Notes: a model not told the origin generated them from the sequence alone. A stretch of DNA of 64,000 bases from Octopus vulgaris (GCA_951406725.2 OX597832.1:22506001-22570000), one strand, 5' to 3'. Counted from the first letter of the stretch, positions 40,567 to 53,930 are shown. Numbers and translations: made by a program.

Positions 40567-40961
40567 CTAGCAGTATCGCCCGTCGTTGCTCGGGTTTGCA
40601 AGGGAAATAACTATATAAGCATTTTTAGAGATGTAAAGTATAATAGCCATCTCAATATGGCTAACCACAAAGGGGGGGTGTTACTGTAGCTTTCTACATT
40701 CTGAGATTTAATAATAAATTTTTAGAGAATTACTTCCCTTATATATGCCAAAAATGCATTAAAAATGGGAAAAATTGATGGTAAATTTTTTTTTAAAATC
40801 GTAGACTCATCGTAGACGCGCGCTAATACCCAGAAGGGCTCGATATGAATCACGACTATAAGATACCCGGTTTTGGTTAAACTGCACCGTAAAATGTGGG
40901 AGTAGTTAGGAATCTTAAATCGTAGGAGACAGACACACAACCTCACTTTTATATATAAAGA
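40567..40961 (-). mobile_element. Non-autonomous Helitron (395 bp)
   Basis: Minus strand A|TCtttatatataaaag ... subterminal hairpin cccg agcaacga cggg ... CTAG|T; no TSD. Confidence 0.82.
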
Positions 40962-42582
40962 TGAACAGATGAAATAAATGTTTAGTCCAGAGGGACTTGA
41001 ACTCACAACTTAAAGATAAGGAGTAAATACTACACGGCATCTGTCCGATGCTTAAACGTTTCTGCCGGTTCGTCGTTCGAGACTGATCAATTATATAATA
41101 GAACTCAAATGGAAGAAAATGAAAGATAAATTTGATTTTCAGAGGGATTTCAACTCAGATGCGATAGAGTAATATAAGCACCATGTGGCATTTTTATTGA
41201 TACTCTAACGACTCTGCCAGTTCACCAATGAAGCATCTCTTAAATTGTACCCTCAGCATTTGTCAGACAATTTAATGATTCTGTCATTCCACTAGCGCTC
41301 CTGGAAATTATTGATATTAATATTTGATTACTGGCTTCTTTTAGCTCTACAGTTATTATGTAGATGTCGCTTTATGCTATAAAACTGTCATTTTTTCTAT
41401 CTCATATTCTAAGCCAACTTTCTATATTTACTTTGCAATTCATAATAAGTTTAGTAAGTTACATTAAGGCTGTACTTGACGATATTAAACTTCGTTCGTT
41501 GGTGAAAGGGTTGATACGTTGACCAGCTTAACATCTTATTTTCTTAAGGCCTTCGCTCGCTAAGGAGATTACACCTCCGATGACTTTCCTTAATTGTTCT
41601 CGATTCTGAGCTCTATTTACTGCTTCCTTTCGGATTTCGCTGCACCGAGTGATATGTTTCCTTCAGAGAAGTTCTTCTTCTCCCAATTCTTTCTGACTTT
41701 GAATTAACATCGATAATTCTGTAACTTTGGTTTCGTTTTTCTATGTAGGCGTATCGGCCATACGCAAACCAGTTTTAGCCTCAGAGATGAGGTGGTTCGT
41801 ATTAATTTAGCCTCTATCCTTTGACCTGTTCTGGATTGAAGGCGCTATCTGGAGCTTGCGTTCTGCTGGCATAGCTCCCAAGGTCTTTGAGGTACACAAG
41901 CCACGAATGAGCAGTAAGGACTTGACTTCGTGGTGGAGTTTAACATCAATTTATAGACATTACGTGTCTTTAACAGTGTCGAATCTGTTGTATACATTAG
42001 GGCAAAATTCTTGCCCAAGAATGACTATTTTTTCCCAACCACCAGTCTTTAAGGTCCGGCAGGGGGTCATGAGTTTCTCTCTCTTCCGTCACTAAATGGT
42101 CTAAAGTTTAGCTATCACTCGCAAGCGAGCATCGTTTAGTGATTTGTGCTATATTTTCGGTAATTGTTTTAGATGACAAGGTAGCAGAGAACAGACCCAG
42201 CCCCCACCCACCGTCCTCCTTCTCGGCTCTTCCACTTTTAGCACAGCATAGCATCGTAGATGTGACAGAAGGAGAGAGGGTTGCACTATCACCTGACCGA
42301 TATTCATTTACGGCTCAGGAGACTGTGGCAAAAGACATGGAATTAAGTGCCTTGCTTTTGGACACAGCACGTGGCTCGTTCCAGGAATCAAATATCCAAT
42401 CTTATGAGGCCGAACCTGTTTGAATCATTTAAACGACAACAATAAGGATGATGACGACGACGACGACGAAAATGCATAAGAAATAGAACGAAACCCTTCC
42501 TCTGTTGCTTTTTATAGAATTCCGTGAAAAACTCAGAGTCAGCAACTGATATAATGTTTCCTTTATTGCACATCTGTATATA

Positions 42583-42834
42583 TTGGGTTGGTGCATAATT
42601 ATTGCGGTTTTTTTCAACAAATTCTATTCAACAAAAACTATAAAAAACATGTAACAAAAACATCTTTAAATGATTATTCCGGAGCATATTCACCATCTAC
42701 TTCAATTACTGCTTCCCATTTTCTTGGCAGACGATCAGACCGTCATTTAAAGATGCTTTTGTTAAATATTGTTATAGCTTTTGTCGAAATGTATTTGTTG
42801 AAAGAATTACCGCAGTAATTATGCAGCAACCCAA
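42583..42834 (-). mobile_element. Mariner-derived MITE (252 bp)
   Basis: TA flanks; TIR ttgggttggtgcataattattgcgg / ccgcagtaattatgcagcaacccaa; retains transposase C-terminus LPRKWEAVIEVDGEYAPE*. Confidence 0.88.
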
Positions 42835-43774
42835 TACTCGTCTCTTTAAATCTGTGTAGTCATTTGATATACTCTTCACCAACATAAATGTCATTATTAA
42901 ACAGTACGTATGAACTTCAATAAATACAAGAACATTTACAGAATTACCGATTCATTATCCTCTTCATGTTAATTATCAGCTATTTCGCAAGTTGGTTGAA
43001 TAAGATTTGGATATCATGTCTGACTAGGTTATAAATTTAGTCATCTTGTATTTCGACTATATACCATTAACGCTATTTGATTCTACAAAAGATTTGCGCC
43101 TAATTAAAGACTGATGAATTTACGTCTTGCTAATTGATATCATTCTAATTGAATTCAAGGTAAGCGACGTTTCCTATGTATCGAGGATAGAAATGTTACG
43201 AAGTGGCTGTTCATTTTATTCATTCCATTCATTCATTCATTCACATTGGTAGATATTCATGATTTAATTACTCAATTATATTGAGAGGTAACTATTCACT
43301 GAAATAGCCGGACTCTAGGTTGAGTGGTTTTGTATATATCAAGTTCGGTGCTCTGTTTCTTGGCTCGCACCAACCCGAGGTTGACGGCGCATTTCTCTCT
43401 GGAGAAAATATAATAGGGCTAATTTCACTCGCGTCAGCAACTTCTTTTTCATTGACCTTTTATGCACCGAATCTAATTTTGATCTGAATGAACATCACAT
43501 CTACTCTTTTCGTCCTCTGTTAAAAATACAAGACTTTGTTATTTATATAAAAGAACTCAGTAAACAAAACATTTCTTGATTTCTGTGAAATCTAGCTGGG
43601 ATAGAATTAAAATTATTATATACACTTCAATCAGCTTTAGATTACAATACAGGTGTGTATAATATATGCAATGTGTATACAGCAGTAGGTGTAATATTAT
43701 TGTATCTCAAAGAATCTTCTCAAAGTGACTTCTGTATTAAAAAAAACAAAGCTTAGCTCAAAACGTTGGTGGAT

Positions 43775-43820
43775 CAACAGACGTCGTGTTTCAAACTAAT
43801 TCTGTCTCCTCAGTGATGGA
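43775..43820 (-). ncRNA. Degenerate hammerhead-like motif
   Basis: catca-CTGAGGA-gacagaattagttt-GAAA-cacgacg-TC-tgttg; stem II imperfect. Confidence 0.35.
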
Positions 43821-44529
43821 TACTCAATACGTTCTGAGCTGAGGCAAAGATGCTTGCTTCGATATAGAAATCGGTAAAGAAAACAGTCGCAGATTTGTAC
43901 GAAGACTAGTCAAGCTTGAATTAAATGAATATATACACGCTGGAAACAGCTTTAGCCTAAAAAGTCAGTGTTTATAACATTAATAATGTATAAACAAGTG
44001 TAGTGGGGGCACACACGTATCCTTTATCTGAAACGGTACAATGTGATATGAGGGTAGTTTGGCTGCTATTTGTAGCTGCTCGAAAAATCACTTGGAAGCT
44101 CGTATGAGGTAATTATTATGTTTGCTTCGTTAACCTGATTTAAGGATGAAGGTTACCGATCCTTAAATCAGTTTTAGATATTACAATTCTAAGTAAGTCT
44201 CTGATGGTGTGATAAACCCTTAACATGAAACACCAACTGACAGAGCACAACTGACTGGGCACATTCTATGCTAGAAATAACATCCTACAAATTTGTTAAA
44301 ATAAACAACACACTATCGTCTTAAGGTAAAGAAAGATACATTTGACTATAGAGTAGTCCCTGATATATAGAAATGAACTAAAGTCCATAACTGGTTTGCC
44401 TTTGATCATAGGTCAGCTTAATCAGTGCTATACTTGGTTTTTACAGGTGTTGTACTTGGTTTATACAGGTGAGTTCAATTCGACAAAACAACCACCGTAT
44501 CGTTGGAATAGCGAAGTAACTAAAGATTT

Positions 44530-44920
44530 CTGTCAAATTTTGTAGTTTATGATCTCTAGAGTAACGTTACGCAATAGGGCGCATAACTCGGTGATCAAGG
44601 GGTCACTACACATGGAGCTACTACTTCTTCACATTGAGGGGTCACAGTCCCGGTGCAACGGATATGTAATTAAAATGACGGAAGAAAGAATCGCAACACG
44701 GAATTCCTCAAGCCGAATCCACCAGTAGAAGACCAGACAGATTCAGAATGAAATGTCTGGATAATATCCATAGTCTAATTTTGTCACGCTTGAGGATCCA
44801 ACCGGAAGGTTTTAATGATGGTTGCTTATGTCAGGACCTTACGGAAGATGGGCCTGAGGATTCCGGTTCCACGACCTGTCGAGGAATATTGGGTGGCGAA
44901 AATAGTTGGTTGGATGACAT
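44530..44920 (+). mobile_element. RTE-clade (Expander/Rex3-like) LINE 3' end, degraded
   Basis: NSVIKGSLHMELLLLHIEGSQSRCNGYVIKM...RLRIQPEG...PRP...GWM parallels the Rex3/Expander C-terminus (EPLLLHIERSQLRW.GH..RM...PPRP...GWM). Confidence 0.72.
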
Positions 44921-45401
44921 TTGTTTATATGTTTCTTCTTGTTATTTATATATTTCTGCTTATTTCGTTGTTTCTTTTCTGTACGTTGATAATCAGAAAT
45001 TAAACTAGAGTGAGCACATATTAGACATTCGTGTTCAAACACCAACACAGATATATATCAATAAATATAGAAACTCGTTGCTTATATTTTTCTTGATGCT
45101 GCGAATCTCGCCGTTGAAGATAAAGTATTCAAACGTCACATAGAACTAACAGTATGATGTTTTCATAAGGCTGGAATTTCATCACTTATATTTTTTTATG
45201 CAGTGATCGTGTCACGAGTGATACTAAAATAATTGCAAGTAAGTCATAGGGTTAACAGTAACGGTATATCACCACCACAACCAATATCGTTAGTATTTTT
45301 AAGATGGCGACGTAAAGACAGACAAACTGTTTAGCATACTGGGGTAGATGTAAGCGACTTACTTTTTCTCCAATTTTCAGGCCGAGATTACAGTAAAAAG
45401 G

Positions 45402-45432
45402 ATTATTATTATTATTATTATCATTATTATTA

Positions 45433-45473
<41 letters not shown>

Positions 45474-45506
45474 GTTGTTATTATTATTATTATTATTACT
45501 ATTCTT

Positions 45507-45537
<31 letters not shown>

Positions 45538-45575
45538 TTATTATTATTGTTGTTGTTGTTGTTGTTGTTGTTATC
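45402..45575. repeat. (ATT)n(TTC)n(TTG)n microsatellite
   Basis: Direct reading. Confidence 0.95.
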
Positions 45576-46042
45576 ATTCTTATGGCTGTTGTTTTTGTTA
45601 GTGATGTTGCCGATGTTGATATAATTATTTCTGAGTCCAGACGATCTACCCACTCGGGATACTAATACAGCTGTATTGCAAGTAAAGAGCCTCTCCGTAA
45701 AAGTGAAGCGTTCTCCGGTTTCATTGACTGTTGATTTTTCTAGTGACAGAAATTTCTCGAAGTCTCTCGTTTCAAATTTACTCTAAGATAACTTTGTAGT
45801 AAAAAGTAAGCAATCTGATACACATTTCAATATATGAATTCAACACAATTGGGATAAGGATAAACGCTTTTCCTCTCTTCACACACATACAGGGAAATAT
45901 GCATGCACACATAAACAGAGAGCGAGGGAGATATGGAGAGAGAGAGAGAGAGAGAGAGGGGGAGGGACAGTGAGACACAGAGAGAAGCAGAGAGAGACAG
46001 ACAGACAGGAAGAGTGAGGAAGAAGTAGAGAGAGAGAGAAAA

Positions 46043-46081
<39 letters not shown>

Positions 46082-46358
46082 GTAAAATGAAAGAAACATG
46101 AAAAACGTCTGACGTCAAATAAGTCAGCGTCGAACCATCGTTGCAAATCGTTGCCACTAAAATGGCTAGAACTAAGCGTCTCATACATCTAAAACTAGTG
46201 TATGAAATGCGGTAGATGCTGTTAGGTCCTCTTACTACGTTTCAAGAGAGTAACGATCGTAGTTTGATTGGTCGAAACTAAAATTTGCATAGCTTTTAGC
46301 TTCGAATGTTTCATGAGTGAAGAAAGAACGTTTTAGATATGTTTTCTCGATGTAAATT

Positions 46359-46955
46359 TATTTCTTTATTGCTTACTGGGGGCTAAACATAGAGGAGACA
46401 AATAATGACAGACAAAGGGATTAAGCCGATTACATCAACCCCAGTCTCTAACTGATACTTATTTAATCGACCTCGAAAGGATGAAAGTAAAGTCGACTGC
46501 GACGGAATTTGAACTCAAAATGTGACGGCAGACGAAATACCTATTTCCTTACTACCCACAAGGGGCTAAACACAGAGAGGACAAACAAGGACAGATAAAC
46601 GGATTAAGTCGATTATATCGACCCCAGTGCGTAACTGGTACATATTTAATGGACCCTGAAAGGATGAAAGACAAAGTCGACCTCGACGGAATTGAACTCA
46701 GAACGTAGCGGCAGACGAAATACCTATTTCTTTATTACCCACAAGGGGCTAAACACAGAGGGGACAAACAAGGACAGACATAGGTATTAAGTCGATTACA
46801 TCGACCCCAGTGCGTAACTGGTACTTAATTAATTGACCCCGAAAGGATGAAAGGAAAAGTCGACCTCGGCGGAATTTGAACTCAGAACGTAATGGCAGAG
46901 GAAATACGGCTACGCAATTCGTCCGACGTGCTAACGTTTCTGCCAGCTCGCCGCC
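46359..46955 (-). mobile_element. SINE-A trimer
   Basis: Junctions at 46541/2 and 46724/5; the distal unit (46359-46541) is the most diverged. Confidence 0.88.
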
Positions 46956-47383
46956 TTTATTGCAGTTTCTATCTACCAAATCCACTCACAAGGCTTTGGT
47001 CGGACCGAGGCTATAGTAAAAACCGCTTGCTCAAGATGCTACACTGTAGTAGAGAACATAGAACCATAAGGCTGCGAAGGAAACTTCTCACCACACAGTC
47101 AAGTCAGCAGACGTCAGTTTATATGTCTGATATTTATAATTATATTTTGAGCATATAATAAACTGAATTATATCTCCAAAAATTCAATTATAATTTTCTT
47201 GTATATTTAGTAAATTTTCCTTCAAAGTGGTGTTATTAAATTACGCTTAATTCAATGAGGCGTTCAAATATAGAATGGCTTCCAACCGTAACATATGACT
47301 AGTATATCGTCTTTTCACTGGCAGGTCTTTGTTTTAATAATCGATAACGATGGGGGTGGTGCTTGATTGATTTAAGCAATTTA

Positions 47384-48244
47384 CGTGGGGTGGTATCAAA
47401 AAGTTGCTGGATTGGTTATATTTAATAAAACAATAACTTATTTGCCAAAGTTTTAATATAATCACCTTCGAAATAGTCACCTTGCGCAGCTATACACCGG
47501 TCTTATCGATCCTGCCACTTTTGGAATCCGGCCTGGCAGTCGTTTTCTATAAGGGAGTCGAGGACCTTCAGTGATTCCCACTGGATCTCAACAAGGTTGT
47601 TAAAATGGCGACCTTCGGATTGGATTTTCATCTTAGAGAAGAGATGGGAGTCGGTAGTTGCTAAATCTGACGAATAGGGCGGGTACGGAAGCGATACCAC
47701 GTTGTCTTTGGCGAGAAACTCCCGAGTGAGGTAAGCTCGGTGACTGGGTGTATTGTCATTGCAAAGAATCCAATACTTCGCGTTCCAGAGATTCGGCCGC
47801 TTTCGCCGAATGTTCTCGATCAAACGCTTCAAAACGTCATTGAAGCTCCTCCGACGACTTTCCAGATCGCTCATCGTCTTCCAGGGACGTTCGTCCGATT
47901 TTGAAGCGTCAGTGCAGCTCAAAACATTGCATACAACCCTTCGCCTCGTCACCGTAAGCTTGCCGAAACATGCTCAATGTCTCTGTAGCAGACTTCCCAA
48001 TTTAAACGCAAAATTTCGCGTTGGGCCTTTGTTCCAACTTCCTGTCCGTGACAAAAATCGAAGACCACAACATACACGCGATCCCCAAAACACAAGTTTC
48101 ACAATTTGCAAAGTAAACAGAGCGAAGTCACTCAGCACTCTACGTCATAAATGTCACTGCTAGCTCTCACTGCACAAGCAGCCGTATGCTGCCATCTGTT
48201 GGCGCGCTACAGAACTAGCCCGAGAACTTTTTGAGGCCACCTCG
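47384..48244 (-). mobile_element. Internally deleted mariner transposon
   Basis: TA-flanked degenerate TIRs (cgtggggtggtatcaaaaagtt / cgaggtggcctcaaaaagtt); ORF 47503-47952 has LCNDNTPSH (LHHDNAPAH-like) and PYSSDLATTDSHLF (YSPDLAPxDFxLF-like). Confidence 0.88.
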
Positions 48245-48280
48245 TAGGTTGCGAGTGAATAATCTGTATGGCTGTATGTT

Positions 48281-48318
<38 letters not shown>

Positions 48319-48535
48319 TGTGTGTGTGTTACTTGTTGTGACTATGAGAACCTTAGTTCATATGTATAAAAATTAGTTATGCTTGTGGCGTACAGAAACA
48401 AGTGGGACTTATTACAATTCTCGATTATTCGGTTGGAGTTGGTTTCAGCAACAAATGTTTTGATGGACGAGTCTGACTGGAAAATGTTGAACGATGTACG
48501 CAAACATAAAATTGTCAGGTTAAATGTGGAAGCCG

Positions 48536-48840
48536 TCCGTCGGTTACGACGACGAGGGTTCCGGTTGGTCCGAATCAACGGAACAGCCTGCTCGTGAAAT
48601 TAACGTGTAAGTGGCTGAGCACTCCACAGACACGTGTACCCTTAACGTAGTTCTCGGGGATATTCAGCGTGACACAGAGTGTGACAAGGCCGGCCCTTTG
48701 AAATACAGGTACAACAGAAACAGGAAGTAAGAGTGAGAGAAAGTTGTGGTGAAAGAGTACAGCAGGGATCACCACCATCCCCTGCCGGAGCCTCGTGGAG
48801 CTTTTAGGTGTTTTCGTTCAATAAACACTCACAACGCCCG
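48536..48840 (-). mobile_element. SINE-C, tail type 2 (5'-truncated)
   Basis: Reverse complement of the 33935 copy. Confidence 0.85.
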
Positions 48841-49164
48841 TGTCAGGTTAAATAGGATGCGGATAAGGACGACACCGCTTCCATTACCGAATTTCACAAA
48901 CACTTGAGCTGACGTTGCTTGAAGTATGAAAGTAAATCTTCTGCAATATTTTCTGTAGACACAGAGGCCATAGAATGTTGGCAGAAAGAGAAATAACGGT
49001 CAGATCGGTTGCCCTTTTGTGGGCTGGGGGTCATACTGTTACAGTTGAGGGAGAGAGCGAGAGAGAGAGAGAGAGAGTGAAAGGAAGAGAGTGAGGGAGA
49101 GTGGGAGAGACAGAGATAGAAGAAAGATAATGGTTAAGACAGATACATAAAAAAGATGGAGATT

Positions 49165-49208
<44 letters not shown>

Positions 49209-49455
49209 TACACATATATATACACAGACATAGAGTGAGAGATAATAGGGGAGATACAGAAAGAGGGGTAGAGAAAGATTGAGAGAGTGAGAGAGAGAAA
49301 GGAAGAAAGAAAATATGAGATATAAATAGATACGTTGATAAGCAGAGGCTGGCAGGAATGCATAAAGATAGAACGATAGACAAAAATAAGTATATATGTA
49401 TAGAAATATTAATATTTCTAAGTCTCTCTAAAGGAGACAACGACAGCGGTACTGG

Positions 49456-49961
49456 ATATTAATGGTTATCGCCAAGCTAACATGGCAGTCCATAAATATA
49501 GGACGAAAGCTGCCATTGATTAGCTCCAAGAGACCATCGCCTCTAGCTAGCTATGTGACACACGAACCTGTGTCCATTATAACCTTCGAAGAAGGGAGGT
49601 CAGCTGCTTCTCCTTGCTGGTTTGGCGTTAACAGACTAGTTTCGGAGTAGTTGCCCCTTTTCAATGTAGAGTAGCCGAACCCAGCAGGTGACCTAGATTC
49701 AGTGGAATACATCCACTGGTTTTCAGCGTCACCTGCTGGGTTCGGCTGCTCTACATTGAAAAGGGGCAACTACTCCGAAACTAGTCTGTTAATGCCAAAC
49801 CAGCAAGGAGAAGCAGCTGACCTCCCTTCTTCGAAGGTTATAATGGACACAGGTTCGTGTGTCACATAGCTAGCTAGAGGCGATGGCCTCTTGGAGCTAA
49901 TCAACGGCAGCATTCGCCCTATTTTCCTGGACTGCCATATTAGCTTGGCGATAACCATTAA

Positions 49962-49964
<3 letters not shown>
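49456..49964. repeat. 509-bp palindrome (237-bp arms, 35-nt spacer); probable inverted PLE terminal-repeat pair
   Basis: Arms 49456-49692 and 49728-49964, ~10 mismatches by eye; each arm carries a hammerhead variant. Confidence 0.93.
49753..49789 (+). ncRNA. Minimal hammerhead with U3-A8 core (mirror copy 49631-49667, minus strand)
   Basis: aca-TTGAAAA-gggg caacta ctcc-GAAA-ctag-TC-tgt. Confidence 0.62.
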
Positions 49965-50000
<36 letters not shown>

Positions 50001-50004
<4 letters not shown>

Positions 50005-50696
50005 TACAAAATTAGAGAATGGAGAAACATACTTAAATCAGTAAAACATCAACTATCCGATGATACTCAATCCATACTTTAATACACCATTACATATGAG
50101 TAAAGGCAATATATAAAATGAAATGAGATACACAGTAATAGTAAAAGTAAAAAGATAAAGAGATATAAGTAAAAAAATTTTCAAATATAATATGCAAATA
50201 AATCAAAACTGACAGCTGTTTCGGCAGTGAGGACAGTCATACCTCATTTAACCTATAAGCCATAAAGGCAGGTATAAATGAGGCATTAACAAGGATGCCC
50301 CACGGCCTCTTCAGAGAATTAAATTAAATTTGTTATAATAGTGAAAAATATTATATAATCATATACATATAAATATAAAAATATAAAAATGTAAAATATA
50401 AAAACTTATACATCATAATGCTACACTTATATAATATAATACACATTTGTACAAAAAGGAAGGTAAACAGAACAAAATAAAACAAAATATTTAAGTATGT
50501 TTCTCCATTCTCTAATTTTGTAGTATTAATTTACGGTAATATTATTACCTTTACCCATTTAATACAATAGATGAACTGATTGCTTGACAATTTTTAACAT
50601 CTATGTATTAATTTTGTTGGGTACCTATCTAGCAGTATATTGGATATATATTATCCCATGGTGGGTTGAATTTTCAACCCCTATCTCATTTTATAA

Positions 50697-50700
<4 letters not shown>
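50001..50700. mobile_element. PLE-type insertion in (TA)n with 38-bp inverted repeat and hammerhead
   Basis: 50001-50038 is the reverse complement of 50489-50526; HHR at 50209-50316. Confidence 0.65.
50209..50316 (-). ncRNA. Type I hammerhead with long extended stem II
   Basis: ct-CTGAAGA-ggccgtggg...tgcctcattta...taaatgaggta...ctcactgcc-GAAA-cagctg-TC-ag. Confidence 0.7.
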
Positions 50701-50739
<39 letters not shown>

Positions 50740-50852
50740 CGCTCGAAACGTTAAACCCTCCTTCTTCCCTTTTTTCCTGAGCATCCTATAATACTTTATT
50801 TGTTCCACGTCTTCGCGTTTTTGTGTTTTTTTTTGTTTTCTTGTTTAGATTA

Positions 50853-50905
<53 letters not shown>

Positions 50906-50926
50906 GTGTGTGTATGTATGTATATA

Positions 50927-50985
<59 letters not shown>

Positions 50986-51418
50986 AGGGAAGAGTGAGAA
51001 TAGAAGAAGGGAAGAGAGAGAATAAGAGGAGAGGTAAAACGTAAAAGAGAGTTGATTGAAAATGAATACTATCGATCTTACCAATTCCCTGTTTTCGCAA
51101 AAATTGAATTTTATTTAAGCACAAGCCAGTAGTTTTGATGGGGAGGGTTAGTCGATATCCTCTACTCAGTACTTCACTGGTACTTATGTTTATCAACAGG
51201 GGAAGGGTAAGAGGCGAAGTTGGATCACGCTCAATTTGAAATTAGACGTTAAAACCTCGGAAGAAATACGTCAGATATTTTTCCGACGCTCTAGCGATTC
51301 TGTTAACTCACTATCATAGACTTGTTTCTAATGTAGGCAAAATGACAGCAGTTGTCGCGGGAGAGAGTGAGTCGATCAACTCGATATTAATTCTGAACTC
51401 ATACTTTATTTATCAACC

Positions 51419-51700
51419 CTAAACGATATCGAATTTGCCGATGACATTGTTCTTCTTTCCCAGTACCGTTTTGATATGGGAGAAAGGTCACTGGTTTGAG
51501 TGTAACATCCATGAAGGTTGTCCTCGGAAGTTCAATAATTTGAAGATCAATAATAACATGGAAAAGATCTACAAAAAAGTTGAAGCACTGACCGGCGGCT
51601 ACAGCTGGGAATAACTGTAATCCGTTGTCTAAAATTGAAACAGTAGTATGTCTTTTGTTGGTGCCCTATGTTTCAATGTGATCAAAAGAATGAATGAAAA
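51419..51700 (+). mobile_element. Internally deleted RTE-type LINE fragment
   Basis: LNDIEFADDIVLLSQ (RT FADD motif) lies ~200 bp before a C-terminal FVGALCFNV and a (gaat)n tail. Confidence 0.6.
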
Positions 51701-52180
51701 GATTTAACAAAATTTACCACAACGAGATTAGAACCAAGGATATGAACTGATGAATTACGACAAATCAATTTGCCCGATGTTAAAACGATTTAAAAAAAAA
51801 AATTAGCCACCGTCCTAGCAACTTTAGGAGGAGGTCTTTGTCAATACCATCTATCTCTGTAGATGACTGGTACTATATTTTTAGTTACCCTGAGGAAAGC
51901 TGATTTTGGTGGGATTCGATCTTAGAGCGTAAAATAAGAAAAAAAAACTCGTTAGATTAATTGAAAAAACAACACTTTTTTAGCCAATGCTCTAAAGCTT
52001 CTGGTAATCCACGACCGTCGAAATAACTCTCAGTAGTTGTTTCTAATTTAAGTACGAGGCCAAGGATTTAGACCACAGCAGGATTTGAACTGAAAACCTG
52101 GAAGACACTTTGCAAAGCAATTTGTGCGACGATCAATCTAACATTTCTCGAAAGTGCTTCTAATATTTGTTTCCTAATTA

Positions 52181-52660
52181 AGGTGGCAAGCTGGCAGAAT
52201 ATTTAACACGGCGGACTAAATACTTGGCGGCATTTCGTTTGTCTTCGTGTTCTGAGTTCAAATTCCGCTGAGGTCAACCTAGCCTTTTATCCTTTCGGGA
52301 TCGATAAAATAAGTACCAAATGAGCACTAGGATCGATCTAATCGACATACGCTCTCTCCCAAAATCGCTGCCCTTGTGCCAAAATCTGAAATCGATAATT
52401 GTCCTCAATATAAGCAAAGACCAAGGTGGCGAGCTGACAGAACTGTGAGCACGCCGGAAAAAATGCTTAGCTGCATTTCTTCCGGCTCTTAGTATTCTGA
52501 GTTCAAATTCCACCGAAGTCGACCTTTTTTTCATATCATATAGAGCTTGATAAATTAAATACTAATAGAGTACTGGAAGCGAAAGCGGGGGTTGACGCGA
52601 TCGACTAATCCTCACTCCAAACATTTAAGGCTATATACCTACAGGAGAAAGAATTTATAC
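52181..52660 (+). mobile_element. Two older SINE-A-family copies with non-Tx1 tails
   Basis: Heads ggtggcaagctggcagaat / ggtggcgagctgacagaac; first tail cccttgtgccaaaatctgaaatc. Confidence 0.7.
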
Positions 52661-53372
52661 TGAAGGTTTGGAATTTTCATCTGTGTTGGAACGTAAAACA
52701 AGCCGGAAGGCTCTTTGCTAAGAATTTTATGCAGCACACCAACCATTCTCGCAAACAACCAGCTTCGACATCAGAAAATATATTCTTTCAACGCAATAAC
52801 GTAGGAAGAAAAAGACACAAAGAAAAAGAAAAAAGGAGGATAAAAATTCTTACATCTTCACACTTGGTAATTTAGATTTTGGCAACATCAACCGTTTTTG
52901 TTTTTAGAAAATCTTTTTCTCCAAACAATAAATTCAATTATTTTTCGACTTCATAATTTGAGGACATTTTTTTTTTCGGTCAATATTCGTGAAATTGCAA
53001 ATAAGTAAATAAATAGATAAATAAAAACGACAATAAAATGAAATAGAAAAAAATAATAAAACTGATATTTTCCTACAATCATTTCAGGTAACTGGTAAAA
53101 AGAAACTATTTATTGGAGCATAAATTAGATAAATATACTGTGAAGATTGACAGTAATTTCAACATGGCCTACAATGGGCTTTAACGCATTTACACCGCTT
53201 GCTTGTACGTGCATGTTTGCATGTGTCAGTGATTGTGTGTGCAAATGCGTGTAAAGTGTATGTATGTGTGTATATGTGTGTAAGTGTGTATGTGTGTTTA
53301 TGTGTGTGTATATATGTGTGTGTGTATATATATGCGTGTGTGTGTATATATGTGTGTGGGTGTATATATATA

Positions 53373-53437
<65 letters not shown>

Positions 53438-53784
53438 ATATATATGTGTGTGTGTGTATGTGCGTGTGCTGTATGAGTGTATATATATATATATATGTGT
53501 GTATGTGTGTGTAGCTTCTTTTTCGGTTAATTTTTGCTTGTTTTTCAATTGCAAATAACGGAAATGGATTTTAATGTTTTGCAGAAGAGTTTTATTAGGT
53601 TCTTTATTGCTAAAGAAATGTCTTTTGGATAATCCAAAAAAATTAAACAAAGACAAAGAAAAAGAAAAAAGAAAAAAAGAAAGCATTCAAGTGAATATTT
53701 AAAACCAATTTTCCAAATAAGTGGGAGAAGACAGAAAACAAAATATTAAAAAACAAATAACATCTACAAGAACGACAACAACAT

Positions 53785-53801
53785 CAATAATAATAATAAT
53801 G

Positions 53802-53862
<61 letters not shown>

Positions 53863-53887
53863 TAATAATGATAATAATAATGATAGC

Positions 53888-53918
<31 letters not shown>

Positions 53919-53930
53919 GTAATAATAGTG
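53785..53930. repeat. (AAT)n microsatellite
   Basis: Direct reading. Confidence 0.95.

Noticed and set aside
41500-42420. Possible decayed RTE end and old SINE (also 10690-10915)
   Set aside because: Too degenerate to assign or delimit by eye.
49895-49945. HDV-like ribozyme (gggcgaatgctgcc on the minus strand)
   Set aside because: No P1/P3/L3 nested pseudoknot could be built.
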